Of a stretch of 64,000 nt of DNA, positions 52,575-64,000 are shown piece after piece. The notes under the pieces were generated by a model. It worked only from the letters and a program-made list of their open reading frames with translations. It did not search any database and was not told the origin of the DNA. Both the position numbers and the translations under genes were made by a program. Each line of letters begins with the position of its first letter. Within the stretch, counting starts at the first letter, position 1. Origin of the DNA: Scyliorhinus canicula (taxonomy: Eukaryota); contig NC_052165.1 of assembly GCF_902713615.1 (NCBI RefSeq), positions 5,986,784 through 6,050,783 on the forward strand, in the 5' to 3' direction.

Positions 52575-54545
52575 ACCTGTAATGGGCCATACCTGTCTTT
52601 GTTAATTTTTTTTTACATACCTAAAGAACCTTCTATAGCCCACTTCCATGTTTCCCACTAGTTTACTTTCATATTCTATTTTCCCTTTCTTTCATCGTTT
52701 TTTTGGCCCGCCTTTAGTGAATTCTAAAATGCTGCCAATCTTGATTTATTACATTCTTGGCAACTTAATAAGCCTCTTCCTTTGATCTAATACAACCTTT
52801 AAATACTCTTGTTCGCCTTGGATAGATCACTTTTCCTGTTGGGGTTCTGTGCCTCAAAGGAATGTATATTTGTTGTAAACCATATATCAATTCTTTAAAT
52901 CCTAGTCATTGACTCTGTAAAGGCTCCTTTGCAACAAGATTATTCATTAGACCTTTCACATTGCTCAATACTAGATAGAAAACAGCCCCTTCTCTAGTTG
53001 GCTCTTTAAGGTAACATCTGGTATACATTCCAGGAATTCGCCCTCCACATTAGTGCTAATTATACTGACCCAGTCTGAATGCAGATTGAAGTTCCCATAA
53101 TTACCTAATTTCCTAATGTATACCATGCCCTACGACACCACTACTGTTTGGTGGCTGATAAACAACTCCCAATGTTTGCTGTCCCTTGCTGTTTCTTAGT
53201 TACAACCAAACTGATTCTACACCTTGATCTTCCCACCCAAGATCCTTTCATTAACGTACAGATCTCACCTTTTCTGTTTTGCCTATCCTTCCTAAATATT
53301 GAATACTCTTGAATATTCAGTTCCCAAGTAACCTGCAGTCAGATCCCCATATTGACAATTAACTCGTATCTATTTCCTTCTATTGGTGCTATCAATTCCT
53401 GTTGAAAATGTTGCCTGCATTGTCGATGAAGTGTCTTTAATTTTGCCATTTTAACACTTTCCGGTACTTCGACTTTATTTGATGCTGGCCTCCGCTGCCT
53501 TCCAATTTTGCTTTCTACCTTTCTTCCTGCCGTTACCACCTTTGTTTCTCTCCTATCTGAATTCCCTCTCAGGTACCCATCCCTCTGCCAAGATAGTTTG
53601 AATCCTACCCAACAGGCAGCATGGCGGCGCAGTGGTTAGCATTGCTACCTCACGACGCCAAGGACCCAGGTTCAATCCCGTCACTGTCTGTGTGGAGTTT
53701 GCACTTTCTCCCCGTGTCTGCGTGGGTTTCCTCCGGGTGCTCCGGTTTCCTCCCACAATCCAAAGATATGCAGGTTAGGTGGATTGGCCATGATAAATTA
53801 TGAAATGAAAATGAAAATCGTTCATTGTCACGAGTAGGCTTCAATGAAGTTACTGTGAAAAGCCCCCTAGTCACCACATTCCGGCACCTGTTCGGGGAGG
53901 CTGGTACGGGAATTGAACCATGCTGCTGGCCTGCCTTGGTCTGCTTTAAAAGCCAGCGATTTGATGTGCAGATGAGGTTCTGGGTGACAGGGATGGGGAG
54001 GGTTGGATGGGGTGTAAATGGGTGGAGTTCTCATTCGAAGGGTCGGTGCAGACTCAATGGGCTGAATGGCCTCCTTCTGCACTGTAGGGATTCTCTTATC
54101 CCAAAGAAGTGCAAGGTAGGTGGATTAGCCACGCTAAATTGTCCCTTAATTGGAAAATATTTTTAAACAATCTTCCCCAGCAGCACTGACAAATCTTCCT
54201 GCAAGGATATTGGTCCTGCTAAGGTCTAAGCCATCTTCCTTGTACAGGTCCCACCTACCCCAGGAATGGTTGCAATGCCTCAGACATCCTGCAACGTCTC
54301 TCCCGTTCATTTGTCCCATCCTCCCATTTCAAAACACACTGGGAGTAATCAAGAGATTTTTACTCCCTTTCCTAATTCTCCAGAATCTGCTTTCAGGACT
54401 TAGCTCCGCTTTCTATTTATGTTGTTGGTACCGATGTAGACCATAACGTGTGGCTGTTCACCCTCGCCCATAAGAATGTCCTGCAGTGACATCCTTTACC
54501 GAGAACCAGGCAGGCATCACACTATCCTGGACTTAATCCGCCGCC
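52575..54545 (-). mobile_element. CR1 5' portion (ORF1, endonuclease, linker), degraded
   Basis: Minus-strand remnants such as KGKIEYESKLVGNM...FFRYVK. Confidence 0.65.
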
Positions 54546-54739
54546 ACAGGCAGACCCCATCTGCTCCACGTGAACAAGGTACCAGAGCATAACTGGAAAC
54601 GGAAAAATGTACCACAGGTGAGCCAATGCTTTCCAAAGTGCAGACATGGGTAAAAGTTGACAACAATGATTCCTCCACTTAATGCTTAAACTCCCTGGGC
54701 TTTTAGTATCACATTCCTATTTCAAGAACGAACTAGAGA

Positions 54740-56030
54740 ATGTTTACAAAGAAGCCACTTTGAGACTAAAAGCTATCAAATCCCATGGGATTTGATGCTA
54801 GAGTTTTTAAAAGAGGTAGCTCTGGAGATGGTGGATTCACTGCTTTTGGTCTTCCAGAATTCCCTGGATTTCAGAATGTTTCCTATGGATTGGAATGTGG
54901 AAAACATATCTCTACTATTTAAGGGAGGGAAAGAGAAAACAAGGAGCTATGGGACAAATAGTCTGGTATCAACAGTTGAAAAATGCTAGAATCTGTTATT
55001 AGGAATATGACGAGAGGACATTAGAAGATCATAAATATGATTGGGCAGAGTCAATATGGATTTGTGAAAGGGAAATTACACTGGTCATATCTGTGGAGTT
55101 TTCTTTTGAAAATGTAACAAGCATGTAACTAGAATGCAACAAGAATGCAACATGGTAGCACAGTGGTTAGCACTGTTGTGTCACAGCACCAGGGTCCCAA
55201 GTTTGATTCTGGGCTTGGGTCGCTATCTGTGTGGAGTCTGCACATTCCCCCCGTGTCTGCGTGGGTTTCCTCCGGGTGCTCCGGTTTCCTCCCACAAGTC
55301 CCGAAAGACGCGCTTGTTAGGTTAATTTGACATTCCCGAATTCTCCCTCAGTGTACCCGAACAGGCGCTGGAATGTGGCGACTAGGGGCTTTTCACAGTA
55401 ACTTCATTGCAGTGTTAAAGCACTGGATTAGTGTACTTGAATTTTCAAAACACATTGAATAAGTTGTCACACAAGAAATTATTACATCAAATTAGGGCCC
55501 ATGGGATTGGGGGAATTATATTAGCTTGGACTGAGGATTGTTTAAGAGATAGAAAATAGAGGGCAGGAGCAACGGGTTGACAAGCTGTAACGAGTGGGGT
55601 ACCACAAGGATCTGTTGATTGGTGTCAGCTACATCAATGACTTAGATGTGGAGACTGGATAATGAGTCCAAGTCTGCTGATGATGCAAAGGCGGACGGGA
55701 ATGTAAGCTAAAAGCAAATTACTGCAGATGCTGGAATCTTGAAACAAAAACAGAAAATGCTGGACAATCTCAACAGGTCCGACAGCGTCTGCAGAGAGAG
55801 AACGGAGTTAACGTTTTAAGTATGGATGGTTCTTCAGGAGCATGCAGGGGGACTGCAAAAGGATTTGGGCAGGTTAAGTGATTAAGAATATGGCATATGG
55901 AGTATAGCATGTATGAAGCTATCCATTTTGATAGGAAAAATAGAAAATACTATTTTCTAAATGGAGAAAGACTGGGAATGTTGGGATTCAGAGGGGAAGT
56001 GGCGTGCTTGTACATGGATCATAGAAAGCT
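54740..56030 (+). mobile_element. CR1 RT portion, degraded
   Basis: LKEVALEMVDSLLLVFQNSLD...MDW...; SGVPQGS remnant. Confidence 0.75.
55708..55838. mobile_element. Penelope-like terminal-repeat fragment
   Basis: AAAAGCAAATTACTGCAGATGCTGGAATC...GGAGTTAACGTTT resembles recalled shark Penelope-type ends; it interrupts the CR1. Confidence 0.5.
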
Positions 56031-56550
56031 GAATTCTAGTTACACCGAGCTACCAGGCAGAACCAAAATAAATGATGACTTCAGAAAGAGAGATTCAGTA
56101 ACTCTACTAGGTGGAGAGGCTATATTGCACCAACAGTGGTAACAGGAATCCATTATAGGTTTATGGAGCTACTGATATTGGAATTCGCAGTAAAACGCAA
56201 GGTGTTCTTTTTTAACAACTGAATGTAATAGGTGATTATTGACATTTTGACATTGAAATTCCAACTAGAAATAATGAAATAGCAGTTTACAATGGTGTGC
56301 ATCTCACAAGGAGTAGGCAAGTTGTTATCCATGTTTTAAGCTCCACTAAATTACTGTCTTAATACCTGTTCTCTATACAATTAGTCAAAAATTGCATGTG
56401 TACCAGAAATAGCTCAAAAAATGAAATCACACCATGAAAGGAGACATCACCCACTGCAGTAATTGCAAAATGGTTAAAACATGTGCGATCCAGTTTAAAG
56501 GGCATGCCTGAATAATGAGACAATCCAAACAACTTCATTAATTGACTTAC

Positions 56551-56648
56551 CCTTTCTGTGACTGAATACTGATGCGTGTCTGCTGAGAACTTGTAGGTAT
56601 TAAGTTTTGTTGGCACAATTGTGATGAAGTATTGAAACATTTGATTAT
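56551..56648 (-). CDS. ERGIC2: ERGIC2 internal exon (98 bp)
   Basis: Acceptor tattttag, donor AGG|gtaagt. Encodes NQMFQYFITIVPTKLNTYKFSADTHQYSVTER (ERGIC2/Erv41 C-terminal lumenal domain). Confidence 0.93.
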
Positions 56649-57006
56649 CTAAAATACAAAACGCATTTGAAAAGAGCTGAGTAAACAAAAAAAAATCTCA
56701 ACAACAGGTATCGATCACAAAACTAGGAGGAGGCATTTTCTATAACCAATTCAAGAGATCAAGCAAGTGACATGTTCTCACATAGTAATATGCCAATACC
56801 AACCTGTGTCAAATCAGTCAGATACACAACAATGAGCTTGTGTTAGTATTTGAACTATATAGCCAAGTTCTGAAAAGAAAATTACTGAGTGAAACCATAG
56901 GCAAGACATGTGATTGCACTATGGCACGGTGTGCTGATAAGACTGGGCACAGTTACTACTTTGGCATATTACAACTTAAATATCTAATTCAAGTACAGAA
57001 AGTATC

Positions 57007-57355
57007 AGGGCATCACGGTAGCATGGTGGTTAGCATAAATGCTTCACAGCTCCAGGGTCCCAGGTTCGATTCCCGGCTGGGTCACTGTCTATGCGGAGTC
57101 GGCACGTCCTCCCCGTGTGTGCGTGGGTTTCCTCCGGGTGCTCCGGTTTCCTCCCACAGTCCAAAGATGTGCGGGTTAGGTGGATTGGCCATGCTAAAAT
57201 TGCCCGTAGTGTCCTAAAAAGTAATGTTAAGGGGTGGGGGTTGTTGGGTTACGGGTAAAGGGTGGATACGTGGGTTTGAGTAGGGTGATCATGGCTCGGC
57301 ACAACATCGAGGGCCGAAGGGCCTGTTCTGTGCTGTACTGTTCTATGTTCTATGT
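57007..57355 (+). mobile_element. V-SINE with tail D (CR1 GGGCCGAAGGGCC-type tail)
   Basis: Ends CGGCACAACATCGAGGGCCGAAGGGCCTGTTCTGTGCTGTACTGTTCTATGTTCTATG. Confidence 0.88.
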
Positions 57356-57439
57356 GGCATGTTGGATGTCAGCCTCCTTCGATCTGTAAGCTATCCAGGA
57401 AGCAGCACATGCATGGAGTGCAGGAAAAAAAAAATTTAA

Positions 57440-59640
57440 AATATTTTTTTCCGTTTAACATTTTATACATAAAACAATGCAAAACAACAGGTACCCCCTT
57501 GCCCCCTACCACTCTACCAACCAACACCCCAATAACTCAATAGTCTTCCTCACCCTAACTCCTCCCTCGAGCAGCTGAAGGTAACCAACTCTTTAAACTG
57601 AAGAATAAACTGACCCCATCTCTTATGGAACCCCTTAATCGCCCCCCCCCCTCCCCCTCCCCCCTCAAGGGAAACCGAACCTTCTGCAAACACAGGAACT
57701 CTATCAGGTCCCCAAACCATACTCAGGCAGAGAGGCTGACCTCCACCCCAACAAGTCCCGCCTGCGAGCAATCAGCGAGGCGAAGGCTAAAACGTCTGCC
57801 CTCGCAGCTCGGGCATGTCCGACACCCTGAATATGGCTCCCAGGGGGCTGGGCTCCAAATCCAAGTGCAAGATCGGCAACATGGTGCTGAAAAATTACCT
57901 CAAAATTTCAAGAACTTAGGACAGGACCAGAACATATATACATGGTAGGCCGGACCCCTTCCTCACTGCTCGCAAGCGTCTTCCACCCCCCCCCCCCCCC
58001 CCCCCCCTCAAATAACCAGCTCGTCGGGTATGCCCTGTGCACCACCTTTAATGTATCAACCCCAGCCTCCCACATGAATTTGAGCAATTCACCCTTTGCA
58101 ACAACTCACACCACAACCCCTCCTCCAACGCCACCTCCAGCTCCCCTTCCAAACCCATCACCAAAAACATCCCATCCAACAACGAAGCAGGAAGTGTCAC
58201 TGGAAAAGTCATGAAAACCTTCCTTGCAAAGTCCGGCACCTGCATATACCTAAAGGCTTACCCCCGCAGAATCCCAAACTTCTCCATCAACTCCTCCAAA
58301 CCACCCTTCCAAAAATAAGTGTTTCATTTCCATCATCCCCTGCCCCTCCCATCCCTGAAACCGAGCATTCAGGCTCGCTGGCTCAAACCCATGATTCTCT
58401 CGAACCGGCATCAGCTTCAACCCTGCCCATGAAACTGAAAATGCTGCAAAAACTGCCTCCATATCTTGTGGCCGCCACCACTGGACTCTCCGGATATTTC
58501 CCTGGGGCAAACGGGAGCGGCGCTGTTGCCACCGCCCGCAACACTGACCCCCGACAAGAGCCTCCCCACATCACCTCTGGGCCCCCTACCCCAGCCCCGC
58601 TCCTTCTCGCCGTTCGCTGCTCAATAGATTCAGATTCAGAAGAGCCAAACTCCCGACTGTCGTCCTATCTGAAGAACCGTCTTCCAAATCCTCCCCGCCA
58701 CCTGCCCCGCCCACACAACCAACAAAATCAACCATTCCACCCCCATAAAAATGACGGGTAAGCACTGGAATAAAAATAAAAACTGCGGCAAGATACTCAT
58801 CTTTACCGTCTGCACCCAGCCTGCCGGTGAAAGGGGGAGGCTGTCCCACCTCAACAATTCCACCTTAACCCTACCCATCATGCTCCACAGCCACACACTA
58901 GCCCCCTCTACTTATCCGCAATGGCCAAGGGCCCTATTGCTAGCACTGTTGCTTCACAATGCCAGGGACCCGGGTTCGATTCCTGGCATAGGTAACGGGC
59001 CGTGCGGAGTCTGCACATTCTCCCCGTGTCTTCGGTTTCCTCCCACGAGTCCCGAGAGACGTGCTGTTGGGTAATTTGGAAATTGAGTTCTCCCTCAGTG
59101 TACCCAAACAGGCACGGTCGTGTGGCGACTAGGGGATTTTCACAATAATTTCATTGCAGTGTTAACGTAAGCCGACTTGTGACACTAAAAGATTATTACA
59201 AACAAAAGGTCACATGGGACACCCCTGTGTCGTTCCCCTATGCAGTTGAAAATATCTCGGTTCACCTCATTTGTACGTACACTCGTCTTTGGTTCCTTAT
59301 ATAACAATTTGACCTAGGCCACAAACTTAGACCCAATCTCAAACCGCTCCAACGCTGCAAACAAATAACTCCACTCTACTCGATCAAACACCTCCTCCGC
59401 ATCCAGCGCCACCTCCAGTCCCCCCCCCCCCCCCGTTCGGATGGGGAGAGCAGCACATTTCACAAGCGGCGCACATTCGAGGGCAACTGCCTGCCCTTTG
59501 CAAACCCCGCCTGATCTTCCCCAATCACCTGCGGAAAGCACCCTTCCAATCTAAGCAGCAACACCGGCAAGAATCTCGGCATCCAAGTTCAGCAGGGATA
59601 TTGGCCGATACGACCCACACTCCACTGGGTCCTCGGAGTG
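57440..59640 (-). mobile_element. Degraded L1/Tx1-type LINE (RT to 3' end)
   Basis: [18 protein letters not shown] and WDSLPLSPAGWVQTVKMSILPQFLFLFQCLP. Confidence 0.82.
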
Positions 59641-59699
59641 TACGAAAGTTACGCTGCTCGAGCAGAAAAATGCTGAACTTCAGCTGTCCGCACTTTGCA

Positions 59700-60190
59700 C
59701 CATACAACAACAACTTGTACTAATTGGGTGCCTTTAATGTGGTAAATATCCCAAGGGATTTCCCAGAGGCATTATAAAACAAAATACTACCTTGAGCCAC
59801 AAAAGCAGATATTAGGGCAAATGACCAAAAGGTTGGGTTTTAAGGAGCATCTTAAAGGAGGATTGTAAGTGTGCGAGGTGAAGAGGTTTAAGGGGGGATT
59901 TCTACAGCTGAAGGCATAACCATCATTGGTGGGGTCATTCAAATCAGAGGCCAGAATTGAAGGTGTGCAGATATCTCAAGAGGGTTGCAGAGGTGGAGGG
60001 GATCACAATGATAGGTGGAGGCCAGGCTACAGAGGAATTTGAAAACAAGGATGAGAATTTTAAAATCAAGACACTGTTGAACCAGGAGTCAAAATGGATT
60101 AGTGGACACTGGTGGGATTGTGTCGGTGCAAGCCAGGAAAGGAAAAGCAGAGCTTTGGATAACCTCAAGTGTACAGAGGGTAGGATGGTA
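59700..60190 (-). mobile_element. L2 LINE 3' end
   Basis: Minus-strand LDFKILILVFK-type remnant; (GTT)n tail at ~59704-59715. Confidence 0.65.
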
Positions 60191-62102
60191 GCAGCACGGT
60201 AGCACAAGTGGATAGCACTGTGGCTTCATAGCGCCACGGTCCCAGGTTTGATTCCCCGCTGGGTCACTGTCTGTGCGGAGTCTGCATGTTCTCCCCGTGT
60301 GTGCGTGGGTTTCCTCCGGGTGCTCCGGTTTCCTCCCACAGTCCAAAGACGTGCAGGTTGGGTGGATTGGCCCTGTTAAATTGCCCTTAGTGCCCAAAAA
60401 AGTTAGGAGGGGTTACTGGGTTAAGGGGATAGTGTGGAAGTGAGGGCTTAAGTGGGTCGGTGCAGACTCGATGGGCCGAATGGCCTCCTTCTGCACTGTA
60501 TGTTCTATGATGTGGGTGATCAGCCTGGAGAATTTTGTGACAAATTAGGTTCTTTTCCCAGTCAGTCTGGTCTCAAAATTCAAGATGGATTTGTAGGTAA
60601 CAATTATTATTTATTTTAATCAACTTGCAAGTAGGACCCACTCTATCAAGGGACAGGACACAACCTTGGTCTCCTGTATCTTCCAGAGCGAGTGGGAACA
60701 AAGGTTACAGAACTTTTCTTACATGCACATTCAAGTGGCATCAAATTTCACATATATGGCAGCATGTGGCACAGTGGTTAGCATTGCTGCCTACGGCACT
60801 GAGGACCCGGGTTCGAATCCCAGCCCTGGGTCACTGTCCGTGTGGAGTTTGCACATTCTCCTCGTGTCTGCGTGGGTTTCACCCCCACAACCCAAAGATG
60901 TGCAGGGTAGGTGGATTGGCCCTGCTAAATTGCCCCTTAATTGGAAAAAAAAATAATTGGGTACTCTAAATTTTTTTTAAAAGTTTCACATATATGACCA
61001 AATAAGGCAACAGTATTGAATGCAAGATTCCCATAGGTCACCCCTGTACACTACCCAACCTGGCCATATGTCCTGATTGGCTCACTTCGCATTCCTCAAC
61101 CCGGAGGCCCTCTTATTACCCAGCATTCTTTCCATCCCCCTCTGCAGGAGGATCTGGTCCTAACAACCGCCCATTCATGCTTTGCTCAGTTCCTTGGCCA
61201 TCCCTGGCCATGCTTTGCTCAGTTCCTTTATTCATTCCTTGATAAACTCACTACCCTACTCTCCGGCTCATATATTCGGATTTATCCTCTACATTATCCT
61301 AACTAATTATCCCATTTTGTATCACATTCGTTTGTTCAATTCCTCAATTGGATTAGTAAAATCTGGAGGCAACAGGCACGGAAGGGAGTTTCAACAGCAG
61401 GAGAGCTGAGGCAGACTTGGGCAATCTTACAAATGTGGAAATCGATAACCAGAAATGATAACAAATATGACAGGTTGGGAATAGTCTGGCTGAGCCTCAC
61501 AGTTTCCAGGGAAAAGAATAGAGTCGATGGCTAGAGAATGGAGTTTGTGGTGGGGCCAAAGATAATGGCTTTCCTCTTCCCAATATTTAATTAGAGAAAG
61601 TTTCTGCTCATCCAGTACTGGACGTTGGACAAACATTCTGATAATGGAGACACAGTAAAAGGAGTCAAGTGGTGGTGGTGGTGGTGAGGTAGACTTGGAC
61701 GTCGCCATAGTCAAGTGGGCTGCTTTGTCCTGGATGTTGTCGAGTTTCTTGAATATTTTTGGAGCTGCACTCATCCAGGTAAGCGGAGAGTATTCCTGAC
61801 TTGTGCTTTGCGGATGGTGGACAGGCTTGGGGGGGGGGGGGGGGGGGGAGGGGTGGAGAACTATTTGCCGTAGAATTCCCAGCCTCTAACCTGTTCTTGT
61901 AGCTGGCCCAGGTAAGGTCCTGGTCAATGATAATCCCTAGGTTGTTAATCGTGGTGGATTCAATGATGGTAATGGCATTTGAATGGCATGGGGAGGTGGT
62001 TAGCTTTGCTTGTTGGTAAAGTTAATTTCTTGGCCCTTGGGTGGCACAAATGTTATTTGGTACTGCTCAGCCAATGTCCGAATGTTGTTCAAGTCTTGCA
62101 GC

Positions 62103-62810
62103 TGTAAGGACTCTTCCTGTTGATTCGATTATTGCCCATTTCTTTTACTTTATCATTTTTTGATCCATGGGTATTTAATGAACATATATCTATAAGTCAA
62201 GCAGAGGAAGCGAGGAACTCAAAAGTTGCAAAATAGTACACGGAGCAATTCGGTTGGATTGGCTGGCACCAGTGATTGGTTTCAGTCAGGTGGGATGTTT
62301 TCAGAGGATCCAGGAAAGAATCAGAACTCTCCTGGACACCGATAGAAGAAGCTGTGAGTTTTTCCCTCTTCCCCTCTCACTGTCAAAAGGTTTCCTGCCT
62401 GCTGGCTTCTGAATTTGCAGATCCTGATGAATCTACAGTGAAAACCATTACAGGCTGAATGCAAGAACATCCAACTGAACGCCTAGACAAAAAAGATAGA
62501 TGTACTGGAAGATGTCCATCTGAAACCGAGGCTTTACCCTTTCACTTTTAAGAATATTTTCTTTCCCCCCCCCTTTCCCCTCTGTTTGTCTGTCTTGCAT
62601 GTTTGGGGGATGGGGCGTGTTAAAGATGGGGGTGTTAAGAATTAGATAACAGTTAGCCAGTTGTATTTGCTGACTACTTAATTATAGTTATTATTAATAA
62701 AAGATTAACTGTGTTCAAATTCATAAACCTGGTGACTATTAATTCAGCAGCTCAAGACTTTGGGTATTTTCTAGGAATTAATAGTTCATTTCACTTGTAC
62801 TGTGATTGCG
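62103..62810 (+). mobile_element. LTR-like segment
   Basis: Begins TGTAAG; TATA-like near 62185 and AATAAA near 62696; 3' end not resolved. Confidence 0.4.
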
Positions 62811-62859
62811 GCTGGATTAAAAAAAGGCAACTTGCAACCAGTTCTGATGGAAGTATGGT

Positions 62860-63523
62860 CTGCTGGACTTTCTGGAGGCCATAAATTCAGTAAAATTCAT
62901 CTTTCACGGGCATATCTGCAGATGAATGTTGCTTGCTCACCATCGTAACGCACAAAGGTCTGTTTCGTAACAGAACACTTCCTTTGGGAATAACATCTGC
63001 GCCTGCTCTTTTTCAAAGATCCATGGACCAAATTCGAAGTAGACTGAATGGAGTGCAATGTTATTTAGATGACAATCACCGGTTCGAGCGAACAGGAACG
63101 CTTGGAGAATTTGGAAACTACCCTGAAGCGGGTACAGCGCCACAATCGGAGAGTTACAAGGAAAAAGTGCGACTCTTTCTCTCCCCCTCCCCCGGCCCCC
63201 CAGTACTACATAAATTAACTAGGCTATATTATTGACAAGGATGGTTGACACAAAGAATCAGAGAAAATATCAGCAATTTCAAAGCACCAAGTCCTCAAAA
63301 TGTGACACAATTAAGGTTGTTTTTAGGATTGAACAACTGTTATGATAAATATAGCAACGCGATTGAAGCCTTTACACAGCTTGCAATGTGTCAAACAGGC
63401 AAGGCACTGGTCAGAAGAATACAAAAATGCAGACAATTAAATGAAAGAAGCTCTGCAAAAATCAGAGCTGCTGGTTCATTATAATCCCAAATTGAAGTTG
63501 CAACTTGCCTGCGATGCCTCACC
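62860..63523 (+). mobile_element. Gypsy pol relic (RT to RNase H)
   Basis: LTIVTHKGLF...LPLGITSAPALFQRSMDQ...CYLDD; APSPQNVTQLRLFLGL; LVHYNPKLKLQLACDAS. Confidence 0.88.
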
Positions 63524-64000
63524 TGTAGCCATTTGGGATGGCCACTTACAACCAGGAACAGAGAAGCTCGCAACGCATAGTGGGTAAAATGGACAAAGCA
63601 AGATTCAGGCAGGCTCAGAGCCTGAAACGTATATCTGCAAGTGAGGAATCCAGACGGTATCGAAACCCCAACCAATTAGCATTTGATGGGTCGATTAGCA
63701 TTTGATGGTCCATCTCCGCCAGACAAAGAACTGGTACAGTCCCAGACATTTCGGCGCCACTCCCTGTACTCGGGAAGCGTAAACAACAGGGTCAGTGACC
63801 CCCTTTGGCCACGCCCAGCCATCCACGCACCCGCCCATTTATTGGTTCAAAATCGAACATAGTGATCAGGGATCACCCAATTAGTGGGGTCCAAACTGAA
63901 GGAGCGTCCAAAAGAGCGCAAAAAACCCCCAAGCATAAGAGAATCCATCATGCGTTTGTTCTCTTTTGGACCTGGCGCCCCGGCTACGACCATCTCCAAT
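63524..64000 (+). mobile_element. Probable LTR inserted in the Gypsy RNase H, truncated by the window edge
   Basis: Pol homology stops abruptly at DASP; new sequence starts TGTAG with CCAAT motifs and short direct repeats. Confidence 0.5.

Noticed and set aside
56649-64000. Search for the next upstream ERGIC2 exon (and, in 1-5385, the upstream FAR exon)
   Set aside because: No matching coding sequence was seen; they presumably lie outside the window.

Overview
Vertebrate genomic DNA, most likely from a shark or other elasmobranch (it carries HE1/V-SINEs, abundant CR1 LINEs and Deu-type SINEs). Two spliced genes converge tail-to-tail. On + are the last two coding exons of a fatty acyl-CoA reductase (5386-5513, 9556-9718); the peptide looks FAR1-like but sits in the FAR2-type position next to ERGIC2. 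On - are the last four coding exons of ERGIC2 (56551-56648, 51897-52059, 48588-48667, 38589-38654), including a GC-AG intron and a possible alternative exon. Much of the remainder is transposon-derived: CR1, L1/Tx1-type, L2 and Rex1/Babar LINE relics, several SINE families, Gypsy pol relics, solo LTRs, GC-rich palindromic MITE-like elements and two minisatellites. Almost all ORFs in the track are TE fragments or noise. The most interesting signal is a SINE/LINE module-swapping set. A CR1 lineage carries a V-SINE embedded in its 3' UTR (two independent copies). One SINE head occurs with four different 3' tails. One of those tails shares a covarying stem-loop with the local Rex1/Babar LINE. A 23-bp G-rich minisatellite also grew inside a Gypsy integrase active-site loop. 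Comparisons to human proteins and exon sizes are from memory, TE boundaries are approximate, and no searches were run.
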